Shown here: positions 35,997-54,372 of the stretch, in pieces
Layout: the number at the start of each line of letters is the position of its first letter
How positions within the stretch are numbered: the stretch's first letter is position 1
Assembly: GCF_009914755.1 (NCBI RefSeq)
Contig: NC_060931.1
Source: the human T2T-CHM13v2.0 reference genome, Homo sapiens
DNA: 64,000 bases
Direction: 5' to 3' (one strand)
Position numbers and translations under genes: made by a program
The notes under the pieces: model-generated
Seen by the model: the letters and a program-made list of their open reading frames with translations, nothing else
Told to the model about the DNA's origin: nothing
Databases searched by the model: none

Positions 35997-37919
35997 AGGC
36001 GGGGTGAAGGAAAGTGGAGGGGAGGGAGGGGGTAATAAGAGATTACAGGGGATCATCTGGCCCAATCCTGAAACACCCCTGCCATATGATGCCCTATCAG
36101 TCCTCTCAGACAGCTGAGGAATCTGAGGTCTGGAGGAGGCGCCTAGAGCCTCGACAGGCAGCTGGCAGCCTGGAGCCCCTGAGGTCCAGGCAGATTCCGC
36201 CACAAGCCTGAGCCAGAGGCAGCGGGACCCCAGTTCATTCACTTGGAAATCACTCAAGTTGACTGGGCCACTGCCCCTCCCCAGACCCTCCCCTTTCCCT
36301 TGTCAGGCAACAGCCTTCCTGCAAAGCTGCCAGGCTAGGGATGAGGATGCCTCGGTCCCCCTAGGAATTGGCTGTCCCCAGGGTGCAGGTGCCCGGCAGC
36401 TGCCCACCAGGCCACTTCTCTCTGCTTACTGCCTGGAGCCTGGAGCGCATGTGAGGAGCAGGTGGCTCACGGAGCGCTTAGCCCGGCCGCGTACTGTAGG
36501 CACTGCATTATGGGTACCATGGTACCCCTGCAGGTTAGGGTTGGCATACCCTTCCCCGGCTGACCCCACAAACCCTTCTCGAAGACCCACCACATTCCAC
36601 CTGACCTTGACAGCCAGGGGCCCCACAGCCCTGGGACATTGGCCCGCTACCCTCCTCCTTGCGTTCAGCACCCCTGGGGGGGAGACCCATTAGCTCGCCA
36701 GGTAGGAAAGCAGGGTGGGGGCAGTGGTGACACTAGAGGGTGTCACCTTGTTGTGCCGAGCACTGGCGGGGGCTGGACATGAGCTCACACACTCACACTC
36801 ACCCTCCAAAGTCCAACCTCTTGCTTTGGCCAAAGCTGGCCAGAAACTAGGGCCTGGGGACAGAGGAGATAGACGTCTCCGTGCCGGCTTCCTGCAGTGT
36901 CCCCACGGTTGGGTGTCGGTTCTGCCCCTGCAGGTGCCACATCAACTGCTGCACCCAGGTGGCTCCAGCCGCCATCTTCAGGAAGCGGGGGCAGCAAAAC
37001 CGGGCACTGGCCCCACAGTGCCACTCACACCTGGCAACCACTTTCCACCCAGGCGCCCGTTCCGCCTCCTCAAAGCCTCAACCCGCTGAACCCAGGCCTT
37101 TGCCTTGTGCTGGCTGAGTCTTTCTTCACCTGCTGCTCTCCAGGAGCTTTGAGGAGGCGCTGGCCACAGGGGTCACAGCCAGGCAGAGCACAATGGTGCA
37201 GGCTGAGACGCCCAAGGCGGAGAGGGGATCTTAGCATCTTTAACTGGTGCCCTCCACTACCGGAAGGCATGCTGCCCCCCAGGCCCGTCTATGGCACCCG
37301 CAGAAGGAGGGTTATGAGAAGCAGGCTGCTCATTATAACTCCAGTTCTGGGCCCCTTAGACGTGGGATAGAGGGGGACAGGCAGAGCTGGGATGTGACTG
37401 TAATGGAGATGGGTCTGTCGAGGGCTGGCTGGGAGCTCCAGCCTCCTCTCTCCTTGGCAGGGGGCCTGAGGCCCATCCGCAGCTCTCTTTGACTCCTTTT
37501 ATTCTGCAGAACACCCAGACCCCAGCCTTCTCATGGGAATCATAAGACGCATGAGGCCCAGGGTTCTTTCTGCCTCTTCCCAACCATGGTCTTTGTATTT
37601 CCCCCAAGGAGTGTCTAACTCCTTGAACAGAATTGCGGCCCAGAGATCTGTATGCTGTAGTCATTGAAATATGCCAAGGTTCTAGAAAAGCAATCACACA
37701 AAATGAAGTGCTTAATATTTCTATGTTAAATGAATGAATCCCAACCAGAACCTTCTTAGATATCTGAATGGGCACAGGACCCCTTTTCCAGCACTCAGGG
37801 ACCCTGATCTGTCTCTATAACTGATGGCGACTAGCTGGAAAAAAGACCGTCACACTTTCTTTAAAATGGAAAACAGATTATTAATTTGTCTTGATGAATA
37901 AAACAGATTTGCTTTCTAT

Positions 37920-38200
37920 GCGCTATTTTAAATACAGTGTAAAAAACGTGGCAAAGCCTTTATTGTTCACACTTTACTCAACATCAGATAATTCATGCTA
38001 GAGAAACACTATACACGTAATGGATGTAGAAGGAGTTTGATTTAAAATATAAACCTTAGAAATAACCAGAATTCATACGGAATTCTTCCATAGGGAAACT
38101 TTTCAGATGCAATAAATGTGAGGAAGTATTCAAAAATCAAGTCTAAATAAACATCGGAGAATTTCCACGAGAAAGTACAAAGGCACTACAATTTTAAAAC
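37920..38200 (+). pseudogene. Degenerate C2H2 zinc-finger remnant of a second ZNF gene (3' end only)
   Basis: cag tgt aaa aaa cgt ggc aaa gcc ttt ... tca cac ttt act caa cat cag ata att cat gct aga gaa (QCKKRGKAF..SHFTQHQIIHARE) and ttc aga tgc aat aaa tgt gag gaa gta ttc...aat aaa cat cgg aga att. Confidence 0.7.
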
Positions 38201-38515
38201 TTTACATTAAACAAGAATATCTAATATAGAGACTAATCTAAAGTCAAAACAATTAGATAATTTATTTGTATGTTTCAATGAAGCAACGGCTTTGTATTTG
38301 AACAGGTATAATTATATATCAATGGATACTCGTTTTGTATTGTCATTATTTGCTTTTTTTTTTTTTAGAAACAACTATTATTGATGTAATTCAACTTTCC
38401 ATTCAGTTGACCCTGTCCCTACATTCCTAGTGTTTATATGAAAACATGTGACCTACTGTTGCTGCATCAGAGCTGGGAGAGGCCATTCTACATGAATTTC
38501 TCCATGGAACCTTCA

Positions 38516-38863
<348 letters not shown>

Positions 38864-39618
38864 ACAAATTTAAGGAGAGATCCTCTTTGTGGTTTACTTA
38901 AAGTCTGCATGAGGGAGGTGTTCTGGAAGTTATTCTTCTCTATTAAAGCAAGAGTGAAAAATCCTGAATTTCTGAAATAAATAATTTTACCAATCATCTC
39001 TCCTTGAAGGATAAAAAAGCTGGCCAGTCTATTAAAATACCAGTGTATTATAGTAAAAGTTTAAAGTCTTGAATATCATTCAGTGTGATAATTTTTTAAA
39101 AAATTACAGATACCAGAGAAAAGTAAAGATAACACCTCCATGAGAGGATTTTAATGTGTTTTAAATCAATGTTTCCTAAATAATTAACCTTAGTCTTTAA
39201 AAATGGAGAAAGGAAGTATCTAAGATAATTACATCAGAGAAAAAATAATGCTTATTCAGTGTTTGTGACTGTATTTTCACCAAGAAGAATATAGTGGATT
39301 TTGGAATGCCTTACTTAGACTATGTGTGAACTTAGTTTTAATTAATAAACTAAATGGTTTTCAATGTTTTGACACTGATGTGCAATAAATGAAATGGTAT
39401 CCTGCCACCAATGTTAAACTATTTTCTTTAATCAAGATAACAATATACTATTGAGTAACACAGTGAAATGACTTATTTAGTAATCATTTGTTCAGAGAAC
39501 TTAAAACAAATAATTTGGTGACTATTGTTGTCAAAAGTTTTATTTCATTTTTTTTAACCTTTTGGTAACTACAGGAAGATTATGCCAGTTATGATAAAGA
39601 TCATATAGGAATGTGGTT

Positions 39619-39934
39619 GGCCAGGTGCAGTGGCTCACACCTGTAATCCCAGCACTTTGGGAGGCCGAAGCAGGTGGATCAAGAGGTCAGGAGTTCGAGA
39701 CCTGCCTGGCCAATATGGTGAAACCCTGTCTGTACTAAAAATACAAAAATTAGCCAGGCATGGTGGTGCACACCTGTAGTCCCAGCTACTTGGGATGCCG
39801 AGGCAGAAGAATCACTTCAACCCGGGAGACGGAGGTTATAGTGAGCCAAGATAATGCCACTGCACTCCAGCCTGGGTGACAAAGTGAGACTCTGTCTCAA
39901 AAACAAACAAACAAACAAACAAACAAACAAAAAA
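39619..39934 (+). mobile_element. Alu (S) with (CAAA)n tail
   Basis: Dimer; atataggaatgtg flanks both sides. Confidence 0.94.
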
Positions 39935-40006
39935 AGATATAGGAATGTGATTGGAAGCCATAATTTCTGAATTTTAAATTATTATTTATAAAAATTTACT
40001 GAATGT

Positions 40007-41320
<1,314 letters not shown>

Positions 41321-41483
41321 GGTTTTAAATACCACATTCTGATCACTTAATTGAGGTGAGAGAAAAATAATGCAATAGTCCAGAGCATCAGATCAGGCAG
41401 TCAGCACTGTGGCAGATGTGGAGACAGATTAAACATGATGATGGTGTCCTTCTTAGAGAGGTAAATGAGGCCTATTCCAAATA

Positions 41484-41489
41484 TATGTG

Positions 41490-41538
<49 letters not shown>

Positions 41539-41751
41539 ATTTATATATATATATTTATATATATATATATTTATATATATATATTTATATATATATTTAT
41601 ATATGTATTAATATATATATTTATATATATATTTATATATGTATTTATATATATATTTATATATATTTATATATATATTTATATATGTATTTATATATAT
41701 ATTTATATATATTTATATATATATTTATATATATATTTATATATATATATT

Positions 41752-41788
<37 letters not shown>
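41484..41788. repeat. Compound (TA)n/(TATATT..)n/(CA)n microsatellite
   Basis: Directly visible ~300-bp low-complexity tract. Confidence 0.98.
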
Positions 41789-41789
<1 letters not shown>

Positions 41790-41906
41790 GCAGACGCATT
41801 TGAAATTTGGGGTAGAAATTGAAGTGAGCTCTCTGTAATCACTCTGAGGTCTTAGGATAGCTAGCTACAAGTGGTGTCATCACGTGAACAAATGTGACAG
41901 AGATGA

Positions 41907-42275
<369 letters not shown>

Positions 42276-42290
42276 TAGAATGTTAAGCAG

Positions 42291-42685
42291 TGATAGAGTT
42301 TGGATGAGTTTCCCCGCCCAAATCTCACATCGAAATGTAATCCCCAATGTTGGTGGTGGAGCCTGGGGGGAGGTGATCGGATCGTGGGTGCGGATTTCTT
42401 CTGAATAGTTTAGCACCATCCCTCCTGGTACTGTCCTCCCAATAGTGAGTGAGTTCTCAGGAGATCTTGTCATTTAAAAGTGTATAGCACCCCCGTTGCC
42501 TGCTTTACAAGCTCCTGCTTCCCCTTCCACCATGATTTTAAGCTTCCTGAGGCCTCCCCAGAGGTAGATGCTGGTGTTTTGCTTTCTGTACAGCCTGTAG
42601 AACCGTGAGCCAATTAAACATCTTTTCTAATCAATTACCGAGTTTGAGGTGTTTCTTCATAGCAATTCAGGAACGGATTAATAGA
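42291..42685 (+). mobile_element. MSTA-type MaLR solo LTR
   Basis: tgatagagtttggatg...aaatgtaatccccaatgttgg...agcttcctgaggcctccccag...ggattaataga. Confidence 0.85.
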
Positions 42686-44042
42686 GTTTATTTGCACAAA
42701 CAGCAATTTATGAATCAGAGAGCACCAAGTTATGGTTTCTTTGGAGGCTCCAAGGAGGGTCTTGTAAAAAAGGTTTTTGTAAAGGGCATCAGAAAGAAAA
42801 CCAAATTCAATATCTGATTGGTTACAGTTATATATTGCATTTGCACCCATCAGGTGGAAATGTCTTGGTCGTGTAATGAGAGCTTTATTGGCAGCTTGTG
42901 GTTGGTTAAGCCTAATTTTATTTTCTCAAAGTTAGTAATTTACAATAAATTCCTTTGATGTAGTTAGGTTTCCTTAGGAAGAATCCCAGGGCAGCATGGC
43001 CACTTCAGTGTAAGTGCCAGCTATTGAATTATTTTAACCCTCCACAGAGGGCCTGGTTTTCCTCGCATTTTTCAAATGTATGGCAAGCAGGGTCTCAAAT
43101 CCATGACTGTTCTCCCAGCCTAACTGTTCTAGGCCCTGTGGAAAATTCTAACTTTCCAATTCCTTTCCCACATTCCCAAATGCCAACCGTTCTTCTCCAA
43201 ATCACAACATTATCAACTATTAGTCTTTTATTTAGTTTTAAAACAGACACAGCATTTTAATTGTTTATTTTTGTTTCACGGCGTGGTGGATGGCTCTTCT
43301 AAAAATATGTGTCTGTTTGTGAACATTTCACATGACAGGGAAGCAAAGGGTAATCACCTGACACTCTGCTGTGACAAGTCTTCGCGCGTCTAATTTTCCC
43401 TAGGCACACACACCTTACCAGAATATCTCTGGGTGAAGGTTTCTTTTTGGAACCTTTGCAGGGTGATGTGTCCTCAGCCACTGTCCTGTTTTTTCCTGGT
43501 TCTGAATACTACAACCGTCTGGGGATGACCCAAGATACCCACAAGAGCCATGTCTCTTGGAGTGTCTAGTAAATATCAGTCCTTCTGTCAGCTTCCAGAG
43601 GAGAGTCTGAGATATTGGGTGGAGCCTCTCAGAGAAGCAGCTGGATGTCCTCATGCTGAGAGCAGTTTCCTGATATACCATTCCTCTAAAAAGCTAACTG
43701 CTTAAACATTAAAAAAATTTTTCCCTCAGACCCAGCTTTTATTCCTCGCAGACATATTGGTGGTCAGCCAATCAGGTGCTGGTATTGAGGGGAAAAGGCG
43801 CAAATGCATCTTTCCCTCTTGTTTCTCTCACGCTTGTGAAAGGAGAATATCCCTAAGTAGAAGTAAAACCCACCCTATTGAGGTAGTGTATGAACTTGCA
43901 AAGCCAAATACACATCAGACACACAGGGAGCAAGTGCATTGTCTTCTGAGAAGGTGGTGATCAAGTTCTTTAGTGAGCAGGATGTGGGGAGGAGATTCTC
44001 TCAAGTGATTGATACATGAATCCAATATGTCTGTGTTCCAGT

Positions 44043-44617
44043 GTGGTGATTCCTCAAGGACCTAGAACTAGAAATCCCATTTGACCCAACAATCCCATTA
44101 CTGGATATACACCCAAAGGATTATAAATCATGCTACTCTAAAGACACATGCACACGTATGTTTATTGTGGCACTATTCACAATAGCAAAGACTTGAAACC
44201 AGACCAAATGTCCATCAATGATAGACTGGATAAAGAAAATGTGGCACATATACACCATGGAGTACTAGGCAGCCATAAAAAAGGGTGAGTTCATGTCCTT
44301 TGCAGGGACATGGATGAAGCTGGAAACCATCATTCTCAGCAAACTATCACAAGGACAGAAAACCAAACACCACATGTTCTCACTTACACGTGGGAGTTGA
44401 ACAATGAGAACACTGGGACACAGGGCAGGGAATATCACACACTGGGGCCTGTCAGGGGGTGGGGGGCTGGGGGAGGGATAGCATTAGGAGAAATACCTAA
44501 TGTAAATGATGTGTCGATGGGTGCAGCAAACCAACATGGCACATATATACCTATGTAACAAACCTTCATGTTGTGCACATGTACCCTAGAACTTAAAGTA
44601 TAATAATGAAAAAAAAA
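44043..44617 (+). mobile_element. 5'-truncated L1PA insertion with a 16-bp target-site duplication
   Basis: L1 3' end ...gtaccctagaacttaaagtataataa plus poly-A; atgtctgtgttccagt at 44027-44042 and 44618-44633. Confidence 0.95.
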
Positions 44618-45852
44618 ATGTCTGTGTTCCAGTCAGCACCGCCTCTCCAGGTGTTCATCACCTTGAATATATTTGTTCAGTTATTTCAACTTCCGCCTTT
44701 CATTAACCATATACTGTATTTCATCATTAGAGCTTGAAAGATAAAAAAACACAAATGTTTTCTAAGAGAAAAACAGGTAGATTTGAGAGAAAAAAATCAT
44801 ATTCCATTGGTTAAAAATTCTCAGGTACTGCTTTTATTTTGCAGAGTGAGCGTAGTAAGATTCTGAGTTCTGTTCTGTTTTAGCATGATTTCAGACAGAG
44901 TCGCAGGACTTGGTTTTGGGAATGCTACCTTGGAAAAGAAATAGAGAAAATGTCTCTCTCTTTATGCCTGCATAAAAATAAATACATTTCTACAAGAAAC
45001 TTACAGATTAACACATGAATTACAAACATTCATGAAAACGCCAGTTACACTCTTGTGCAGGGTGGAGAACTTGTGACAGTTGGTAACTCATTTTTTTCTA
45101 GATGAATTTCTACTTCATAGGGAATATTTTTATATATATGATAAAGAAGTATTTGCCACTATGCATACACCTCTTTGCTCAGCTAGCATATAACCTAAAG
45201 CAATATGATTGTCTAGTACAAGCTTAGCCAGTGAATCAGTAGCATTTTTGTTGAGCTACAATGAATACAACAGTTGCATCTGTAATTTTTTCCAAGGTTA
45301 TAAAAATATTTTAAGTCATGTGTTCATGGGAACAACTCACCAAGGCAAAAGCATTTTTCCAGTAAAATGCATAAAGCTGTTTTCCTGAAAGCCAGGCAGA
45401 TAATTAGCAGATTTCCTCCAAATGGAGTCTTCATCTAAAACAGATTGGTGGCCAAGCTTGGGGAAAAGTTTGAGAGAATTTGTCCAGTGCTGGGTTTCTT
45501 CGGAGCTGTGTATAAATAGAGGGGTGACCAAATATCCTAAAAGACATTGCCCTTCAACTTAGCAGCACAGGTAGTGGCCAAGAAAACCTAATATGGTTCC
45601 TTCCAACAGGTTTGCAGGGTATCTGTTTCTTCATAGAAATCTGGTTTAAAAGAAAAACTCAAATTTTATGATTGTATTTTTGTATGATTAGTATTAAAAC
45701 TAATTTTAAGAAAAACCTTATAAATAGGTGTATCTAATCTCAATCAACTTTGACAATATAAGACTTCTATAAACCTTTTATAACTCTTTTAACTCTTTTC
45801 TCTTTTTTTATTCTCTTTCTCCAACTTTTTATATCCATTTAGTTTATCTCTC

Positions 45853-46152
45853 TTTTTTATTTTTTGAGACAGAGTCTCACTCTGTCATCCAGAATGGAGT
45901 GCAGTGCACCATCTCAGCTCACTGCAACCTCTGCTTCCCGGATTCAAGCGATTCTTCTGCTTCAGCCCCCTGAGTATTTGGGACTACAGGCGTGTGCCAC
46001 CACGCCCGGCTAATTTTTTTTTTTTTTTTTTTTTTAGTAGAAAAGGGGTTTCACCATAGTGGCCAGGCTGGTCTCAAACTCCTGGCCTCATGATCCACCT
46101 GCCTCTGCCTCCAAAAATGCTAGGATTACAGGCATGAGCCACTGTGCCCTGT
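45853..46152 (-). mobile_element. Alu (S)
   Basis: Dimer similarity. Confidence 0.93.
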
Positions 46153-46507
46153 CGAGTTTATCTCATTTTCTTTGGCTTTTATTCTTTCAATTTTATGCAA
46201 CCTTTAAATAAACTCTAAACTCACCAAAATTGCCTTTTAAGAAAAAATCACATCCTCATGTCTCCTTTTTAAAATAAATTTTTTCACCAAGAAACACATC
46301 TTATTTTCTTTGTACACTCTATGTAGAATTGTTTCTCTTCTTAACAATAGTTTTAGTTATATCTTAACCAGAATTTTAATTCTTAGTAATTTTAACTCAT
46401 AGTGAAATTCTAAGAAGTAAGCAATTTTAACTATTAGTCATATACTAACAATTTATGAGTACATATTTTATGATTTTTTAGAAACGTAGGATTTTAAATG
46501 GAAACAT

Positions 46508-46805
46508 CTTTTTTTTTTTTTTTGAGATGGAGTCTTGCTCTGTTGCCCAGGCTCGAGTGCAGTGGTGCAATCTCGGCTCACTGCAACCTCCACCTCTTGG
46601 GCTGAAGTGATTCTCCTACCTCAGCCTCCCGAGTAGCTGGGATCACAGACGAGTGCCACCATGCCCAACTAATTTTTCGTATTTTTAGTAGAGATGGGGT
46701 TTCACCATGTTTGCCAGGCTGGTTTTGAACTCCTGACCTTAAGTGATCTGCCTGCTTTGGCCTCTCAAAGTGCTGGGATTATAGCCGTGAGCCACTGCGC
46801 CCAGC
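46508..46805 (-). mobile_element. Alu (S)
   Basis: Dimer; ggaaacatctttt flanks both sides. Confidence 0.93.
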
Positions 46806-46942
46806 AGGAAACATCTTTTAACGTGGAACAGGATGTATTTACTTACAGATCTAAATATCTTTTGTTTTTGTGAAATAAACCTTTAAGAAAACTTTATAAA
46901 TAGGTGTATCTAATCTCAATCAACTTTGACCATACAAGATAA

Positions 46943-47377
<435 letters not shown>

Positions 47378-49809
47378 ATTTAAGTTAATTTGATATCATG
47401 TAGATAATATACAAACACGTAGATAGACATATACATACATGTAGACACAAAATATAGCTTACACATGTATGTATCTAAAAGCCCTAGAGATGCAGGAGTT
47501 CATTGTAAAAGAGTAGAGCTTCAGACCTGAGAGCAACCTGTCCACCCACAACTCTTGGGGCTCCATGAGGAAAAATAGAGGTACCCTGCCAAAGACGGAG
47601 AAGCCTGTGGTGCTTTATCTGTGTTCTTCAAGGGGTCCAAGGCTGCTAGAAGTTTCCTTTAGGTTCTCTCACATGGTACCAAAAGGTCGCAAAAGGAAGA
47701 TGAGATAGATAGAAGTAAACAGAAGAGTTAATTCTAGAAAAGGCCGTTTGAGAAGATTTAGGTTTCCAAAAAGCCAGTAAAGTTTTACATTATCCTTGGC
47801 AAAAATCATGTGAGCAAGAGAAGAGACAGAGGGAGCACACATAGTTAGCATGAGTTTAGGGAAAGAGGAATTGAGTTGACTGAGAAGCTTATATAAAAAA
47901 ACCCACAGGCCTCAAATTAATATATACATAAATAGCCTGAATATCAGTTATAAGTGGACTTTTGACTGTAGAGCTCTTAAATTTTTTAAAATTAAATTTT
48001 AGCCAAGTAAATAGCAAACATTACTTGTTTTTTTCTTTCTAAAGTTTACATCAAGATGAAATTTTGGAGGTGGGACATTTCTGTTTACTGGAGGTCTAGG
48101 GTAATTACTATTTAAAGCTGTTTGTCTTCGGAAATTTTTAGTAAATGTTTTCTATCTTCCAAACCACAGTATATGGTTTTATTTATGTCAGGAGAGAAGG
48201 TTAAATGAAAAAAACAAAACAAAACATTTCTGTCACACTCTAAATATGAACCAAAATTTTAAATTAAAGGCGTACCTGAACTAGTGACTCAAAACCAACA
48301 CAAATAAACATGTGTGAGACCAAATCCAAGAAGTCATGCATGGCTTTAACTAAAGCTCCAAAGAGAGCACAAAAAGCGTAGCTTTTCCATGATTAAAACA
48401 CCTATTAAAAACAGCTTCCTGCAAATGGGGTGCAATCTACATTTTCAGGCCACATATTCTAGTGTCTCAACTTCTCAGTTTACCATCAACCCACAAAGGC
48501 CAGTCAGAAGATGGAAAGCAATGGTCGGTAAAACAGAAGAACAAAAAATTTCCATGGGGTAGAAAAGGTTCCAAATGTGTACTCCAAAAGTCCGAGAGTC
48601 ATACAAATGATAGAAAACAAATAAATTCATCATTATAAATGTTTCTTGCCTAAGCTAGAGGTACTAACCGAGAAATAAAATTTTGAGGGTGAGTCTAAAA
48701 ACCTTCAATTTTTTTTTCAATTTGATTTCAGCTGCAATGCTGTTTTGCTAATTACCTGGATGTTAACATTTCAAATACGTGGTAAGGTTTACATCTTTGA
48801 GGGACTGAGAAAGGCCTGGGAAAGGTTAAAGTATGTGTTGTAAATCCTGCAGCAAAGTCAAGCAGGCAATTTGAGCATGTAAAGGGTTTTCTTGAGGCAG
48901 TGAAAGAAGAGCCCTCTGAAAATGTTATGTAGTTATTATACAGTTAATAGTTATTCAACTTGGTCTTTAACTTGTCTGTGGCTGGATGTTGTTTATGGGT
49001 TACACTCTAATTCACAGTTTCAGATGTCATTTCACAATGTCTAAAAAATATGACCTATTGAATGTCTACTTTCATGAAGTTACTGACATAATTTTGCATC
49101 CAAAATTTTAAAATTTTAAATATTTTTCTATGGAATTTGAAAATAATATGTATGCTCTTTATACTACTTAATAATGCTATCCATTTGTTCATATAATAAC
49201 TAATCAAACTGTCTTAAATGTTAATGAACACTCTTTATGTTTACTTATTTGTTGTATATAAAAAAAGTTTATTTTTTGACAGTTTAATGTCACCTAATAT
49301 TATTTTTAATGTTTCAATTTCTCATTTACATGAATGTTTGTGTTGTTTATTTTAGTCTTACAGGTGTTATTTAAACTGTCTGTGCAAATGCCTTGGAATA
49401 GTGCGTAACACATCGTGAATTCTATGTACGTGTTCAGGGCTGTTTCATCACATTTTAATCTGTCATACCCTTCTTCATTTACCGTCATTTTGTGTTTGTC
49501 CTTATTCAAATTATGTTTGTGCCTTGACTTGACTACATATTCATGGAAGAGAGAAGGTAGACTCAGACTTCCATCCGGATTAAGCACAAAGTTAACTAAC
49601 ATATCTTCTTAGCTCACTTTAGATAGAATATTATATTTGTTTTATAATATAAATATGAATTTTAAGTACTGCATGAAGAATAATCTTCCCCATCTTACAA
49701 AAGAAGATCATCAGACATTGGATCATTCATGAATTACCCAAAGCTGTATTCTCTCAACAATTCTTTTTATTCTTACATCTTAACCTCCATGAAAATCTAG
49801 AGGCATGAA

Positions 49810-50700
<891 letters not shown>

Positions 50701-51324
50701 ACATTCCAGTAAAATATAATAGAGGACATATTGGTATGTCTTACTTTATGGTTTTAAAAATTAACAACGCATAATAAAGATAATGTATTTACCTAGAAAA
50801 CAAACACTTTTCTAAAAACGTTTCTATTGCATGTGATAAAAGTGGAAATTAAGATAAAAAAGAGTAGTACTGTTGAGAATGACTAGGATTTGGTATCATT
50901 AATTTTCTTATTAGCAATTAAAATAGTATCAACAATTCTAACAAGACACAGGTGCATTCTCCCCAGCAAAAAGGCATGATGATCACATAAAATCCTTATG
51001 TTATACATAACAGAAAGTATTTTATATTTGAAACATATGGCAACATTGTCATAACTACATTCTACTAAAAATGTTGCACAATACATACTCCAAAAAATTA
51101 GAACTTTCCTTGGGGACATATGGTTTTTCTAAAGATAATTGTGTTCATTATTCTGATAAGCAATTCCTCCAAAGGTAAATGTGGCTATCTGGGATTCTGG
51201 GAATATCCTGAAAAGTTACATGTTCTAAAAATAGTTCCATTGAAAAAAAACACCATAAAGCCTAGACAATGTAGCAAGTGCTTAACTGCAGAGTTTAGTT
51301 CTAAGTGCTAAAGTAAAAAAAAGG

Positions 51325-51640
<316 letters not shown>

Positions 51641-52271
51641 AGAAGCACAGGCAGCAGAAAGAAGGGAGGATGAGACAGTCCATCTGGCAGGGTGAGGCTT
51701 CCTACAATAGGTTGATAATAATAGGGGCATCATTTCTTGGGTTTTTACAGCTCTCAGGGGTAGATGTGGTGCCACACTAGAATCAAAGTAAGGGAGATGA
51801 ACCTGACCAGCCTAACTAAAGCCAAAGGCCTCAAGGTTCTGCAAATCTAAGAAAAATGAGATAGAATATGAAGCCTGCAGTCAAAGTGAGATAAATAGGG
51901 AAGCTAGTCAGTCCGTGCCTTGGCTGATTTGGGAAGGAAGGCCAACTGTACTGATATGTTGGGGTTTGAATTGACCCGGAGTTTTTATAGAGAAAAATTT
52001 AATAAGTTAATTTAAATGTTTTCAGATTCATGTAGAGAAGAAAACAAAAATTCCAAGACAATTTTTTTTTTTTGAGGAAAAAACCCTCAACCCAAAAAAC
52101 TGAAAATCTTATCAGTTCAGGCTTGTCAAGTATAATCACACAACGTAATTTTTTTAAATATGCAAAATAAAGGACACAAAAATTAATTTTGTTCAAAAAT
52201 AACAACAATCATAAAACACTTGTACCAGTAGACTTCAAGGAATTCCGAGCAGACGTACAGAAAATATGTAA

Positions 52272-52405
52272 GCTAGGCATGGTGGCGCTTGCCTATAATC
52301 CCAGCATTTTGGGAGGCCAAGGCAGTAGAATCACTTGAGGCCAGGAGTTTTAGGCTAGCCTGGTCAACATAGCATAACGTAATTTCTATAAAAATACAAA
52401 AATAA
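52272..52405 (+). mobile_element. Alu left monomer (FLAM/J-like)
   Basis: Left arm only. Confidence 0.85.
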
Positions 52406-52506
52406 AAATATATACATACATAGTTAAAATATTTAGATAAATATAAGGGATATGAGCAAAGTAAAAAATAGGAGCTAAAGTATAAGAAAAAGAATGAGCT
52501 AACAAT

Positions 52507-52845
<339 letters not shown>

Positions 52846-52865
52846 TCAGAATAAGTTAAAAATGA

Positions 52866-53212
<347 letters not shown>

Positions 53213-54048
53213 TTGTCTAATGATTTTTTGAACAAAATAGGGAAAATATGGCATGCTTAAACATTTTGAAGAACTAATAAAACATCAACCAAGGAAAGTA
53301 CAAAAAATATCTAAAAACATCATAATAACTAAAAAGCTTAACACCAAAATGATTTAAAATCATTGAAATATAAAATGTGAATCAACTACAAAGCAACAAG
53401 AGATTTTTAACCCATATTTGGCATCTTCATAGAATTCACAAATCAATGGATATTATGTTCAAAGTTCTGAGTTAAAATATCTGTCAATTTTGAATTGCAT
53501 CCCTAGTTAAAAATTTTTTAAGATCAAAGATAAAATGTAAAATAATTCATATAAGTAATACAAACTAAGTTTACTTCAGTTATTTACTTGTTTAATAAAC
53601 TTATTAATTACATTAGTCATTACATAAATAAAATGCTGCTTCCTATTGTGAAACATATAATTTGTGAAGCATATAATGTTCAAAATTTTGTCTCTAAAAC
53701 AGGTAACATTTTGAATGAAGAGAACAAAAATTTAATGATTGGTATAAAAATAAATTTCAGGAAAATGAAAGGTTTGTATGATGACATAATTAACATAATA
53801 GAAAGGACAGAAATCTCAATATTTGTTTTTACACATTTTGGAGGGAAAGTAACCCTGAGATATTAAAGTGCAGAAAATAATATTAATTATATTCTTGAGT
53901 TTTCAAACCCCTCTTTCCTTGGTACTTACAGAACATCCAGCACAGGCCCAGGATTCCCTGGGTGTTTCTGCCAAGGAGACTATCCAGCGGAATTAAAGCG
54001 GAAAGCCATGTGCACAAAGATGGATGGATGCTCACCTCTAAGAGATCA

Positions 54049-54129
54049 GTGGGTGCAGGTTGCAGAGGGAGTTGGGTGAGTGCAGTTTTTAGAGGGAGTT
54101 GTGTGGGTGCAGGTTGCAGAGGGAGTTGG
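54049..54129 (+). repeat. 27-bp tandem repeat, 3 copies
   Basis: gtgggtgcaggttgcagagggagttgg at 54049 and 54103, with a variant copy at 54076. Confidence 0.92.
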
Positions 54130-54372
54130 CCCTTCTTGGAGGTCCAGGGAGGGGCTACAGGCACCATCCTTGAAGTGGGTCCTGGAACTCCACTGAGCCC
54201 TCCTGCCTACAGGGGCCTTAGAGGGTCCTGGGGGAGGCCAGCCTGGGTGCCCTGTCCTGTCCGTGGCCCCTGAGTCCTACCTCACCCGCTAGCTTTTTTT
54301 TTTTCTTACAGAGGAATCAGGGTGGCAACCCCAATGCAGCCTTGCTAGAGGAAGGATATCAAAAGTGTCAGG

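Noticed and set aside
41416-41842. Ile/Tyr-rich ORFs
   Set aside because: Translation of the (TA)n microsatellite
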